Source: an uncultured Thermoproteaceae archaeon (GTDB lineage Archaea; Thermoproteota; Thermoprotei; Thermoproteales; Thermocladiaceae). From it: a DNA stretch of 64,000 nucleotides. Position 1 is the first letter of the stretch; each line of letters starts with the position of its first letter. The notes below the pieces were generated by a model that was not told where the DNA came from, did no database searches, and worked only from the letters and a program-made list of their open reading frames with translations. Location: positions 160,001 to 224,000 of the forward strand of contig CAZNTG010000006.1 of assembly GCA_964575955.1 (NCBI GenBank). The letters run 5' to 3'. The position numbers and the translations under genes were made by a program. Below, piece after piece: positions 21,303-31,275 of the stretch.

Positions 21303-22389
21303 AGCTTGATTTCTTTTTCTTAGTTGTAGTCTTCTTTGTAGTCTCCTTACTTGCTTCTGCTGTTGTTTCTTCAACCTTTTTAACTTCTTCAACTCCCTTA
21401 CCTGTCTTTATTTTAATTCCATATTTCTTAGCTATTAGCTGTAGTTTTGATAGGAATGCAAGCATCTGTATTTCTTCATCACAGCCTTCTGTAAGTCTGT
21501 AATCTATGTCTGATGCTAATTCCATAAGCTCTATCTTTCCTTCATCTGTTGTGTCTATTGTGCCTTTCATTAATTCTCTTTGGAATATTCTAATGATATC
21601 TTTACCACTAACACCATATTCATACATTATTTGTCTAAGTTTATCTCTAGCTTTAATAAATCCTGAATGTATTAAAGTTTCTAGTAGTTCTAGAACTTCT
21701 CTAGGTTCTATATATCCAACAGTCTTATACACGACTTCTGCTGTTATCTTCTTAGATATTGCTGCTGCTGCTTGTAGTGTGTTTATTGCTTTTCTCATAT
21801 CTCCTTGAGATATGTCCCAAATAGCTTCAAGACCATCATCAGAAACCTCAAGACCTTCACATTTTGCAATCTCTCTAAGTCTTGCAAGTGCTACATCTTT
21901 TGGTAGTGGTGAAAATCTAAACATTGCACATCTAGATTGGATTGGGTCAATTATTCTAGATACGTAATTTGCTATCAGTATAAATCTCGTATTTCCAGCA
22001 TACATCTCCATCAATCTTCTAAGTGCCTGCTGTGCATCACTAGTCATATTATCAGCCTCATCTAGAATAACAAGCTTGAACGGTGCTTTTCCCATTGGTG
22101 CTGTTCTTGCAAACTCTTTAACTCTCTCACGAATTACAGATATTCCTCTTTCGTCGCTTGCGTTTAGTTCTAATACATTTTCTCTCCATGAATCACCATA
22201 AAGTTCATATGCAATTGCAAGAGCCATAGTAGTCTTACCAACACCAGGAGGACCATAAAAAAGCATATGAGGAAGATTTCCTGTCTTTAAAAACTCTTTA
22301 ATACGCTTCTTAACCTCTTCCTGATCTATAATATCGTCAATCCTCCTAGGACGATACTTCTCAACCCACAGTAAATGTTCAAGACTCAT
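21295..22389 (-). CDS. rfcS: Replication factor C small subunit
   Basis: [38 protein letters not shown]. Confidence 0.97.
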   Translation of the reverse strand: MSLEHLLWVEKYRPRRIDDIIDQEEVKKRIKEFLKTGNLPHMLFYGPPGVGKTTMALAIAYELYGDSWRENVLELNASDERGISVIRERVKEFARTAPMGKAPFKLVILDEADNMTSDAQQALRRLMEMYAGNTRFILIANYVSRIIDPIQSRCAMFRFSPLPKDVALARLREIAKCEGLEVSDDGLEAIWDISQGDMRKAINTLQAAAAISKKITAEVVYKTVGYIEPREVLELLETLIHSGFIKARDKLRQIMYEYGVSGKDIIRIFQRELMKGTIDTTDEGKIELMELASDIDYRLTEGCDEEIQMLAFLSKLQLIAKKYGIKIKTGKGVEEVKKVEETTAEASKETTKKTTTKKKKSSSS

Positions 22390-22903
22390 TCAATAGTAGT
22401 AGAACCTTCATGTATAATAACCTTTTTCTACAACATCCAAACTGCACTACCTACCTATCTAAACCGATGATAGTGAAGAAGATCAGTATACTTCCTCATG
22501 ATACTCAATATAGTACAATATTACTCTTTTACTAACTTCGTAAATCTTATAAAAAATTCTAAGTTTAGCAATACATTAACTCTAAAAATCTTTAAGCATA
22601 CCCCCTAATCGTTATTACAAAAGGATTTTTCCATAATCTCTTCAACAGCCCTCTTAACACGCTGCTTATTGATAAGAATAAGTATTCTATAGCTTTTCTT
22701 AAACTGAAATGCAATAACAAGAGTGTACATCATTCGATGTCGTAAGAATTAGTATAAGTGGTATACGCGATACGATCTACCTCATACATTATTATGTCTC
22801 ATACCCTAATTAACACATATGCAAGATAGTGAATGTATGAGAAATAGAGTGAAGGTTTATCTACAGGGTAGAAAGTCTAACAAGTCGCAACATGTAGTAA
22901 TGG

Positions 22904-23013
22904 CGAGACATCTCAATGCGTTTATAGTGACAAGTGAGGCAACATCATTCTGCTTCTCTTCATGTAACTATAGTAAGTTCAATGGAAAAACCTACATGAT
23001 AGGTTATCATTTC
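22904..23013 (+). repeat. 110-bp dispersed repeat, copy A
   Basis: Aligns with 24772-24881 (57/80 identical over the first 80 nt by manual count) and with 24897-25006. Confidence 0.8.
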
Positions 23014-23358
23014 GTTAAATGTCGTTAGACAATTCTAAGTCATGTTCCTGATGGTTTTTGGACTTATTAAGTGATTTTGCCGTATTAAGTTTAATGAGCT
23101 ATAGTGTTTAGAAAGCTAGACCTAATGGAGATAAGGTTCAGAGACGTAGTGTAGTGTATGGGTTTGATGTTGCTAAATCATCTAGTAATGGTAAGGTGAT
23201 GTATCTAACAAAAAACAATCCTGAAGAAAAAACTGAATAATATGTAATTGCTGAAGGTAAAGTAGCAGATAAGATAAGTGATGCTATAGCAAATGCCATA
23301 CAATTAATAGCATTCTTTGGTGAACTAGCGTTATTAGCAATTGGTTTAGAGATTTCTG

Positions 23359-23979
23359 CTACTCCTTACGCCAACAGTTTCCTAATATTGTTGTAATCAC
23401 ACTCTTTATGTTGTCTAGTACTTGTCTTAATTCTTCATCTTCTTCACTAATAGTTATACTATCATAAAGTTGTAGTATAAATTTTGTTAATTCTTGCCGA
23501 GTCTTCACAGAATTGAGCGTGAGTGTTAGAAAGTGAGAATATGTTTTCATGTACGTTTCTATTAGCTTATCAGTTAATAATCTATATATTTCTTCTGGCA
23601 TTACCTTATGTACGTTCAATACTAGTAATGTATGAAAAAGTATTGTATAGACATTGAGCATTAGGAGCAATTTAGTGAGAGATTGTATATGCCTAATATC
23701 ACTTATACTAGATAACGTTCTATCTATATACTCACAGTATTTATATACTGCTAGCACCACTCTTCTGATATTTTCATCTATTATCGACATTATTTTATAC
23801 TGTTTTACTACTTTTTCATTCAATATGTTCAAGAGTTTTAATTTTTCAATCCTTGATCTAAGTCCTCGTTTTGAAATTGTTATTCCACGTTCTCTAAGTC
23901 TTCTCCAAAGCTCATTGAAGTGTAATGATTTATCTGCAATCATGTACAGTATCTCAAGGTCCACATAGTCAATTCTCAT
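23359..23979 (-). CDS. Winged-HTH transcription regulator-like protein
   Basis: LHFNELWRRL...ISKRGLRSRIEKLKLLNIL wHTH pattern plus a helical C-terminal domain. Confidence 0.7.
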   Translation of the reverse strand: MRIDYVDLEILYMIADKSLHFNELWRRLRERGITISKRGLRSRIEKLKLLNILNEKVVKQYKIMSIIDENIRRVVLAVYKYCEYIDRTLSSISDIRHIQSLTKLLLMLNVYTILFHTLLVLNVHKVMPEEIYRLLTDKLIETYMKTYSHFLTLTLNSVKTRQELTKFILQLYDSITISEEDEELRQVLDNIKSVITTILGNCWRKE

Positions 23980-24031
23980 ATAGGTATGATGGTGAACTCT
24001 TAAGGAAGCCTTTTTAGGCTATCGAACCGGT

Positions 24032-24371
24032 ATGACTACAGGAGAGTCTATGACCGGTACTTCAAGCATGAGTAAAGAAACCGGAGAGGAAGAAGAGAAG
24101 ACGTGTTCCTTATGGTGAGTCTACAGTATCGGTTGGTGAATTAGTCCAGGTACATTATAGAGGACTTGCACCAAATACTGCAGCTACTGCGGGTGGTGGT
24201 GCTGCACTTGGTGCTATTCTTGGCGCCGTGCTTGGCTTCATCGCAGCTGGACCAATTGGTGCAGCGATTGGTGATGCATTAGGTGGAGCAATTGGAGGAG
24301 GAGTAGGCGGATATATTGGAACACTAATCGATGAACAACTTGCAAAAACAGAAAGAAGAGAAGAGAGATAG
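24032..24371 (+). pseudogene. Glycine-zipper membrane protein with a single frameshift near 24085-24100 (missed by the ORF track)
   Basis: Reads AGGGAALGAILGAVLGFIAAGPIGAAIGDALGGAIGGGVGGYIG...ERREER*; the ATGs at 24032/24050/24068 lie one frame off. Confidence 0.7.
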
Positions 24372-24382
24372 AACACGCAAAC

Positions 24383-24694
24383 ATGACTAAACATAGTGAA
24401 GTAATATCTAGAATAAAGTTAGTAATAGTAGTATCATCATCTATCATAATCTCGATATTGAAGGCAGTACTTAATCCAGTAGGAGGCAATCAAGTTCAGT
24501 TTACTGGAGTTTACGCTTTAATAGCGATGATCTCATACACAATAAGTGAAAACACTGTAGAAATCTACGTTACTTTAAAAGAATCTATAGGCAACATACC
24601 TGAAAAGCATCTAATACCAGCAGTACTACTACTAAGACTAGTACTAGTAGCAGCAGCAATACACTCACTATACATATTCCTATTCACACTCTAA
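24383..24694 (+). CDS. Small multi-pass membrane protein
   Basis: 103 aa with three hydrophobic segments, 11 bp after the glycine-zipper gene. Confidence 0.55.
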   Translation: MTKHSEVISRIKLVIVVSSSIIISILKAVLNPVGGNQVQFTGVYALIAMISYTISENTVEIYVTLKESIGNIPEKHLIPAVLLLRLVLVAAAIHSLYIFLFTL

Positions 24695-24771
24695 AAACAC
24701 CTCTACACTACTACCATCTCAAACTATCAAGACTTAGCATACTCTAATCTACAATATCATCATCACAGAAA

Positions 24772-25006
24772 CGAGATGTCTCAATACGTTCAAGGTGACA
24801 AATGAAACATCTTCGTTCTACTCTTCTTCATGTGTGGATGGTGAGTTTAAGAGAAAACCTTCATGATAAACCGTCAATCCCACATCTGTTAGGTATTGAG
24901 ACGTTTTGTGACGTTCAAGGTAACAGAAAGAACACCACCATTCAGCCTCTCATCATGTATGGATGATAAGTTCAATAGAGAACTTTCATGACAATTAATC
25001 AATTTC
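24772..25006 (+). repeat. 110-bp repeat copies B (24772-24881) and C (24897-25006), tandem with 125-bp period
   Basis: Ungapped alignment, 74/110 identical by manual count. Confidence 0.85.
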
Positions 25007-25365
25007 TTGTAGTTTAGTGTGTTTTTATAGTATGTATCCAAGTTCTTGGCATATTTTCATTAATGTTTTTCTATGTTTTATTGAGTTTTTGTATAGATAT
25101 TCTATTATTTTTGGTTCTATGTATAGTTTTAGCTCGTTTAGTGATATATTTTTCTATACAGTAGTTTTAGTATCCATATTGCTAATTCAATTATTGTTGT
25201 TTGAGTAGTCCCAAGCTCTCTAGCAAGTTCTTCTATGAATTTCTTATTTTCTTCACTAATACGAACATGTAGATCACAGTACTTCATGTATATTATCTAC
25301 TCAAAAAACTTAAAGAACATACTACCAAATGTACAGAAAAACAAGGAACACATGAGAACTTGCGA

Positions 25366-26358
25366 TCTTCATATGTACATGATCTTCTATGTAACTTCTG
25401 AACTTTACTAAACATTCCTAAACTTTTCTCTTGGTTATTGCCTAGTCTTATTATTCCTGATGTTTGATATATTATGTGAAGAAGATTAAGCTTAGTGATC
25501 TTATCAGGTACTATATTGAGCATGATGATTTTCATTATGCACTTATCCTCATATTTGCTACATATGATGAAATATCACTAAACATGATCTACAAGATAGT
25601 AGATATTATCAAAAACATAACAAACATCAACATAAGCAAAAACGGAATCAGATCATGGCTACACGAACAGGTATATAATAGAAAAATTCTTATTAACACA
25701 AGTAGAGGAATATACAAAAATAAACACTAAACATGTCGAACCAGATCTCGAGAAAGTAAAGAAAATACTAAAGAATATGAACTAGATATTGATGAAATAA
25801 AGAAAATACTCAAACACGATATTAAACAAACAACTCAGAAATTCAAAGAAATACGGAAATTACTTAAACTCTATGAAAAGTATAGTAATTCACTACTAGA
25901 TTATGAGCATCTGCTTCAGGTAATAGAAGAATTAAAGAATCAACTTAACAATCTTCAAAATGAGAAAAATAAGCTAATTAGTGAACTCGAGAAATATAGA
26001 TCAGAAATTGATAAATTACGTATGGAAGTTAAAGAGAAAGAACAAAAAATAAATGAACTAACATCAAGACTAAGTGAATGGATAAGCTATACAACATGTA
26101 GAGAGTTCAAACTTGGATTTCTTAGAAAGAAGATACTTAAAGAAGATACTTAGAATATGTACATCAAGTAAATTAATGAAAATAATAATACAGATAATTA
26201 GGAAGTATCTACCAGATAATGAATTCGAAAAAATAGTACAAGAACTCCTAAAACACAAATACGTAAAAATAATGTAAATATCAGGAAGAGTATCCACAAT
26301 AGTCAAAGAAAAGTCTAAACAAGTTCAGAAGTTCAGACAAGTTTAGTACATATGAAGA
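25366..26358. repeat. Imperfect ~80-95 bp inverted repeats (25366-25462 and 26278-26358) bracketing a pseudogene
   Basis: Blocks TCTTCATATGTAC, AACTTCTGAACTT, ACTTTTCT, TATTG and TTCCTGAT recur reverse-complemented in the same order. Confidence 0.7.
25464..26277 (+). pseudogene. wHTH + coiled-coil protein interrupted by two A-run frameshifts and a 13-bp duplication
   Basis: A continuous protein is restored by frame fixes at ~25716 and ~25771 and by removing one copy of AAGAAGATACTTA (26127-26152). Confidence 0.7.
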
Positions 26359-26471
26359 GGACTACACTACTACACCATCTGAACACATGAATATTCATGA
26401 TACTTTTATCTCGTATAACAATAACGTAGTATTTAGCATTACGTAACTTTTAAAAAAAAGGACGTTTTCTC

Positions 26472-26885
26472 ATGTCTCTATCTATTGTTGAAAAACTTGA
26501 TGGTTTGTTGCGGTTTTTTGTTGATAGGTATGGTAGTGGTGTTTTTGGTGTATTGGTTGTTAGGTCTGACGGTCTTCCTGTTCATGTTTATTGGAGAGGT
26601 GGTGTTGATGTTAGACTTGTTTGTGGTTCATTAGCATTACTTGCTACATCATTAAAGAAAGCATATTCTATGCTTAAAGAAGGTGATCGTATAAATACAA
26701 TAATTGTTGAAGGTAATGATACTAGACTTCTTGTTAAATCTATTACTATCGATAAACGTGAAGTTTATGTATGTACAATGGTTGACAATAACGTAAATTT
26801 AGGATTGGTTCTTCTCGATCTTGAGAGATTATGTGATAAAGTTAAAGAAGCTCTTCAACGTTGTGAAATACCTATTAGGCGATAA
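26472..26885 (+). CDS. Roadblock/LC7 (MglB-like) domain protein
   Basis: GVLVVRSDGLPV, helix, IIVEG...LLV, VNLGLVLLDL pattern; 137 aa. Confidence 0.85.
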   Translation: MSLSIVEKLDGLLRFFVDRYGSGVFGVLVVRSDGLPVHVYWRGGVDVRLVCGSLALLATSLKKAYSMLKEGDRINTIIVEGNDTRLLVKSITIDKREVYVCTMVDNNVNLGLVLLDLERLCDKVKEALQRCEIPIRR

Positions 26886-26887
26886 GT

Positions 26888-27394
26888 ATGAGACAAGATA
26901 TCTATACAAAAGTCCTAGAAGAAGTACCTCAAGTATCTGGAATTGATCTAGCGTTTATAAGTATAATACTTACAGTACATAAATTATCAGTACCAGAAGT
27001 AACACTTACAATATTTAGAGAAGCAGCATATATAGCAATAGAGTACTTAAAAATTAAGAAAGTAATAACAAGTAATGAACTAGAAAAAGCAATAAATGAA
27101 TTATCTAACTGTCTTAAAAATCCTGAAAAATTAAACATTGTCAAAAACATAAATGTAGAATATAGGGATAGAAATATAGTAATAAACGTGCATGAATGTA
27201 AATTCAAAAATATTTGTAGATGTGTTGATACTCTAATAACAGAAAAACCAGAAGTACTAGATATACTACAGGTAAGACCATGTGCAATAATGTTACTATA
27301 TACTGCACTAATAGAAAAATATAACAAAACACCAATAATAAAAGAAATACAATGTAAAAACGGAAATGCAAACATAATAATAACAATAACGTAA
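26888..27394 (+). CDS. V4R-like/heme-NO-binding-fold small-ligand domain protein
   Basis: IVINVHECKFKNIC...RPCAIML...QC pattern typical of V4R-like domains; 2 bp after the Roadblock gene. Confidence 0.6.
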   Translation: MRQDIYTKVLEEVPQVSGIDLAFISIILTVHKLSVPEVTLTIFREAAYIAIEYLKIKKVITSNELEKAINELSNCLKNPEKLNIVKNINVEYRDRNIVINVHECKFKNICRCVDTLITEKPEVLDILQVRPCAIMLLYTALIEKYNKTPIIKEIQCKNGNANIIITIT

Positions 27395-27399
27395 GAACT

Positions 27400-27627
27400 A
27401 TGTCATATGACATAGATAAGATAGAGAAAGCAATTAAATTACTTGAAGAAAAACTACAATCAAAAACATTCATAAAAGCAATAGGAGGAAAAAGAATATA
27501 CAACTCAATAAAAACAATAATAGAATACACGAAACAAAAACTACAAGAAGAAAACAAAAAAGTTAAAATATGTAAGATGTGTTACATGTTTTTAGGAAGT
27601 GTGATTATGAAAATTGAAGATAGCTAG
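27400..27627 (+). CDS. Small hypothetical protein
   Basis: 75 aa ORF 5 bp downstream, operon-like. Confidence 0.45.
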   Translation: MSYDIDKIEKAIKLLEEKLQSKTFIKAIGGKRIYNSIKTIIEYTKQKLQEENKKVKICKMCYMFLGSVIMKIEDS

Positions 27628-27960
27628 TCTTTTGAAGATTGTTCAATATAATCTTATGTCATGTTACTTTGTGCTTTCTTTCTGTTAGTCATGCTGTAGA
27701 TATTGTTACTACTACGGCTAAGATCATTAACATTTCTGGTGTGGTCTCTATATGTACCGTATCTAGTATAATTCCTGGATTTTAGCTTAATGTGTGCTTT
27801 CGCGTATAGATTACGATTCTTGATCTAACTAACCTTACTGCCTGCTTCTTAGCGCAATTATAGCGGGAAGTAGAGGAACGACTTAGGGATTATCCAGGAT
27901 CTGGGTTATTGAGCATAATACTCCTTAGAGCAAAGATGTGTTCTCTTGATAGTAGTTAAG

Positions 27961-28879
27961 TTATGGCTTGGCTCTGGTTTTCGAGTTCTCGTAGAGAAAT
28001 GCTGCTAGGTATGATAGTAGGCCAGCATAGCTCATTATCTCTTTAGGGAGTTTTCTTGGACAGCCAGCTAGTTCGAGTCCTCTACTAACTGAAAGATCCT
28101 CAGATAGAAGTAGGTTCAAGTCTCCAGTGTAGGCCATGTATGTTAGTTTAGCTGTCCATAGACCAACTCCTTTAAACTTCATTAACTCCTCTACTGCACT
28201 ATGAGGTGGTAATTTAGCTATCTCTTCTAGGTCGTATCCCCGCCTAACAATAGTTTCAGCTATGTTAATTATGTATTCTGCTTTTCTCCTATTAAGTCCC
28301 ATTTCTCTTAGTCGAGTTACTCCAGCTCTTAACACAGCTTCAGGTGAGGGAAAATCATATAGAATTTCACCATCTTGTGTTCTCAACTTCATGCCGAGAT
28401 TTACTACTAACCTGGAGATGATCCTGAGAGCTAAACTCATGTTAACATGTTGATTTACTATCGCTTTCACAAGAGATTCCCACATACTTGGATTCAGGGA
28501 CGGTCTTAATCCAGGATATTTCTCAATAATCTCTCTTAACTTAGGACATACCCTGACCAGCAATGATGTATCTGAATACTCATACTCTACATTCATTATG
28601 TGTTCAACTACTTTTACTGTACACTCAGGATCACAAGCAAACACACGAACCTTGATGAGAGGCTCCCAAGCCCTCACTACTTATCACTACCTTAAAAGCC
28701 ACAGGTTCATTAGTACTCAATGTAACTATACGTCTACAAGTTCTTGAAGCTTCATCATATATGCAGGGTATAGGTTGTTCTCTAAGCGAAAATCGCCTAA
28801 GATGTGGAGTTATGGCATAAGGAGGTCTAGGAACAATAACTATCTCTTTCCTCTCCTCAAACATACTAACAACACTCAT
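27961..28879 (-). pseudogene. alkA: DNA-3-methyladenine glycosylase (AlkA/HhH-GPD) split by a frameshift near 28670
   Basis: N-terminal ORF 28631-28879 plus C-terminal ORF with WESLVKAIVNQHV, FPSPE, KGVGLWTA HhH motif. Confidence 0.8.
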
Positions 28880-29435
28880 CCTAGAATCCTCATAACTTTT
28901 GACCTAGCTTCCTGTATTAGTGGCATTAGTATCATGATTATCATAAATGAAATATCATGTAGTATACCTTAAACTAACATAGATATTACTACGATCATGA
29001 TGGTAGTAGCATGTTGAAACTATAACATACTAAACAAACCTAGTATTATCTTTGAGAAAGTTTCTTACCACATTATTTAAAAAGATTACTTCTATCTTCT
29101 TTCAGTTTCTTTTTCTTAGGGTTTAAAAAGTTTTTATTCAGGTATAGGACCAAACTTGGCTTAATGACACGTTAGTCTAGTATCTCTAACTTTAGTCTGT
29201 TTAGTCTATTTAGAATTAATGCTTTCTAAACAGATTGTCAAGTTCTTGAATTATTTAATGAAATATGAATGTCAGCTTGTGATCATCGTGAACAAATAAT
29301 GATAAAGTTCTACTGCAGCAACGGTTTCGATTCTCTGTGAGGAATGAGGAGGAGAGTTGCTTTATCTTATCTTTCTATTGATAGCATTAGGCTTTTATGG
29401 GTAAACACTATTAGGGTTTTTGAATCAGGCATTTA

Positions 29436-30149
29436 ATGCTTGTATGTTATGTCGATATCTCGGGTAATACTAAAGCTTCTACTGACACAATTGTTGCATC
29501 AACAATAGTAATTCCCTGTGATACAGTTAGGAATGTTGAACTTAAGGTAGCTGCTATGATAGATTACATTAAATTGAAGTACAATATCACGACAGACCTG
29601 GAGTTACATGCAAAAGATATAGTACATGGTAAGCATCAATGGAGAAGAATTCCAGAGCATATAAGAGCAACAATTCTCGAAGGTATAATACATGTATTGA
29701 CCGAATACAATGATAAGATATTGATTATAAGTGTAGTAACAAGAAAGACTCAGAAGATATCAATTCAAAACCTACATAGATATATATTTAATGCCAAGAT
29801 AAGATTGTTACTTAAAGCTGCTGAAGTCTTCTACGGAAGACCAAGATATGAGCATATATATCTAATTATAGTTGATAAATCAATACCTGCCGAGGAAGAA
29901 AGTATTGAGGGAACAGTAATAGATGCTGTTAAATCATGCCATAAATCATACTGTATAGATCTCTGTAAAATTCATGTTAGCTTTAGAGATTCTAAAGATT
30001 GTATTGGTATTCAACTAGCTGATATTGTATCATATATAGTTCGTGAAATCGCGATAGGTAGATTAACATACAGGAAATTCGATTTCAGTGAATATTTCAA
30101 TAAACTAACAATAAGTCATAATATGCTCATACAGCTAATCCCAACCTAA
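29436..30149 (+). CDS. DUF3800 family protein (RNase H-like fold)
   Basis: N-terminal YVDISG, ELHAKDI, LIIVD, DSKDCIGIQLADIVSY signature. Confidence 0.85.
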   Translation: MLVCYVDISGNTKASTDTIVASTIVIPCDTVRNVELKVAAMIDYIKLKYNITTDLELHAKDIVHGKHQWRRIPEHIRATILEGIIHVLTEYNDKILIISVVTRKTQKISIQNLHRYIFNAKIRLLLKAAEVFYGRPRYEHIYLIIVDKSIPAEEESIEGTVIDAVKSCHKSYCIDLCKIHVSFRDSKDCIGIQLADIVSYIVREIAIGRLTYRKFDFSEYFNKLTISHNMLIQLIPT

Positions 30150-30255
30150 GGATGTCTCAGTCGTACAAACAGTCCCAGAGATAGGTTGTACAATACCTCT
30201 CTCTGAGAAGGTAAGGTATTTATGTGAGTGAGATAATATGTAATACGAAGTAAGA

Positions 30256-30366
30256 ACCCGCGGAGGTCGGGTCCATAGGCCCGTCGCCTCCGCGGGGTAT
30301 GACCCCACGGGGTGGAGTCCACTAGGCTCCGCGCCCCGTGTGGGCTATGTAGGTAGCTTTCTACCT
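30256..30366 (+). ncRNA. GC-rich structured RNA candidate: two homologous hairpins plus a small terminal hairpin
   Basis: Hairpins at 30257-30296 and 30303-30344 with compensatory differences; G-U pairs form only on the + strand; AGGTAG-CTTT-CTACCT at 30351-30366. Confidence 0.8.
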
Positions 30367-30931
30367 CTTAATACCCTTATGTGAACATTAAGCAATCTAT
30401 GCCTGAATCTAGTGGATCACCTAATTACTAAGAATAAACTAGAAAACCAGTACTGATATAGGTATACCATAGCCAAACTAGGTACATGGTTGAAACTTAT
30501 TTGAGCTTGATTATAATTTCAAACTTTTTCTCGATCTTTTGAGTGGGACCCTACTCAAAAGACTTAAAAACCATGAACAATATGAGGATTATTGTTTATT
30601 TTTGTTCTGTTGTGATTCTTATTGTGATCTTAGTGGGACTATGTTCAGCGAATGGCAAATAATAAAAGCTTGTAGCAATATGTGTTACGGCTATGACAGG
30701 ATATGAGACTGTATATCATGATAGTCACTTCTATATAAATATATAGAGCAGAAGTGGATATCCCCAACTAGAAAAATTGTCGTTCAGGGATATACGAATG
30801 CAGACTGGCATGAAACGTTAATCATTGGTCTAGAAAAAGGCGCTATCGGAAGACATATAACATTCCATCATCCAAAGAAGAATCAACCCAAGCACATATT
30901 CTTCAATCCTCCATAATAGGGTTCCTCATAT

Positions 30932-31260
30932 CTATTCCATGGGTATGTACAGTAGTAACTCTTGGAGCTTTGTTGTGGCTTCTTGTAGGAGTGTTGCTTC
31001 TTTTTCACATTCGTTTGTTCTAGCTACCTGGTGTGTTACATGTTCAGGAGCTCTCATAAAAAGTTCTAGTAATAACTTTAGCTGGAAGAGTGAACTAGCG
31101 CTGATTAATCTAGTAGCTTTCGTTACCGTAAGCTCAGTAAGATTAAGCAATCTTTCACAGAGCTCTTTCTCTAAGCATCCTGCTTTATCATTACACAAAA
31201 ATCTTATTAGTTCATAAACTTCGAGGAGTGTATTTTAACTACTGTTTTGAAGTTTATCAT
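30932..31260 (-). pseudogene. Helical hypothetical protein with a frameshift near 31235
   Basis: The ATG at 31260 (MINFKTVV) joins the 30932-31198 frame if one base is restored in an A-run. Confidence 0.5.
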
Positions 31261-31275
31261 TTTGCTATTTCTAGA

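Noticed and set aside
22819-23028. 69-aa ORF over repeat copy A
   Set aside because: The other copies lack matching starts and stop earlier, and their substitutions are non-synonymous; probably not coding
24155-24489. Minus-strand ORFs (Pro/Ala-rich 79 aa and 83 aa)
   Set aside because: Antisense shadows of the glycine-zipper and membrane genes
29171-29212. TTAGTCT repeated three times as iterons
   Set aside because: Short, AT-rich and irregularly spaced, with no rep gene
29316-29361. tRNA-like fragment (GGTTTCGATTC within AGCAAC...GTTGCT) as a possible att site
   Set aside because: No proper T-arm or acceptor pairing and no match to the tRNA in this window
30256-30350. H/ACA guide RNA, tRNA or simple terminator reading of the GC-rich hairpins
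   Set aside because: No ACA tail, kink-turn or cloverleaf; duplicated covarying stems ~105 bp past the stop with no U-tract do not fit an archaeal terminator
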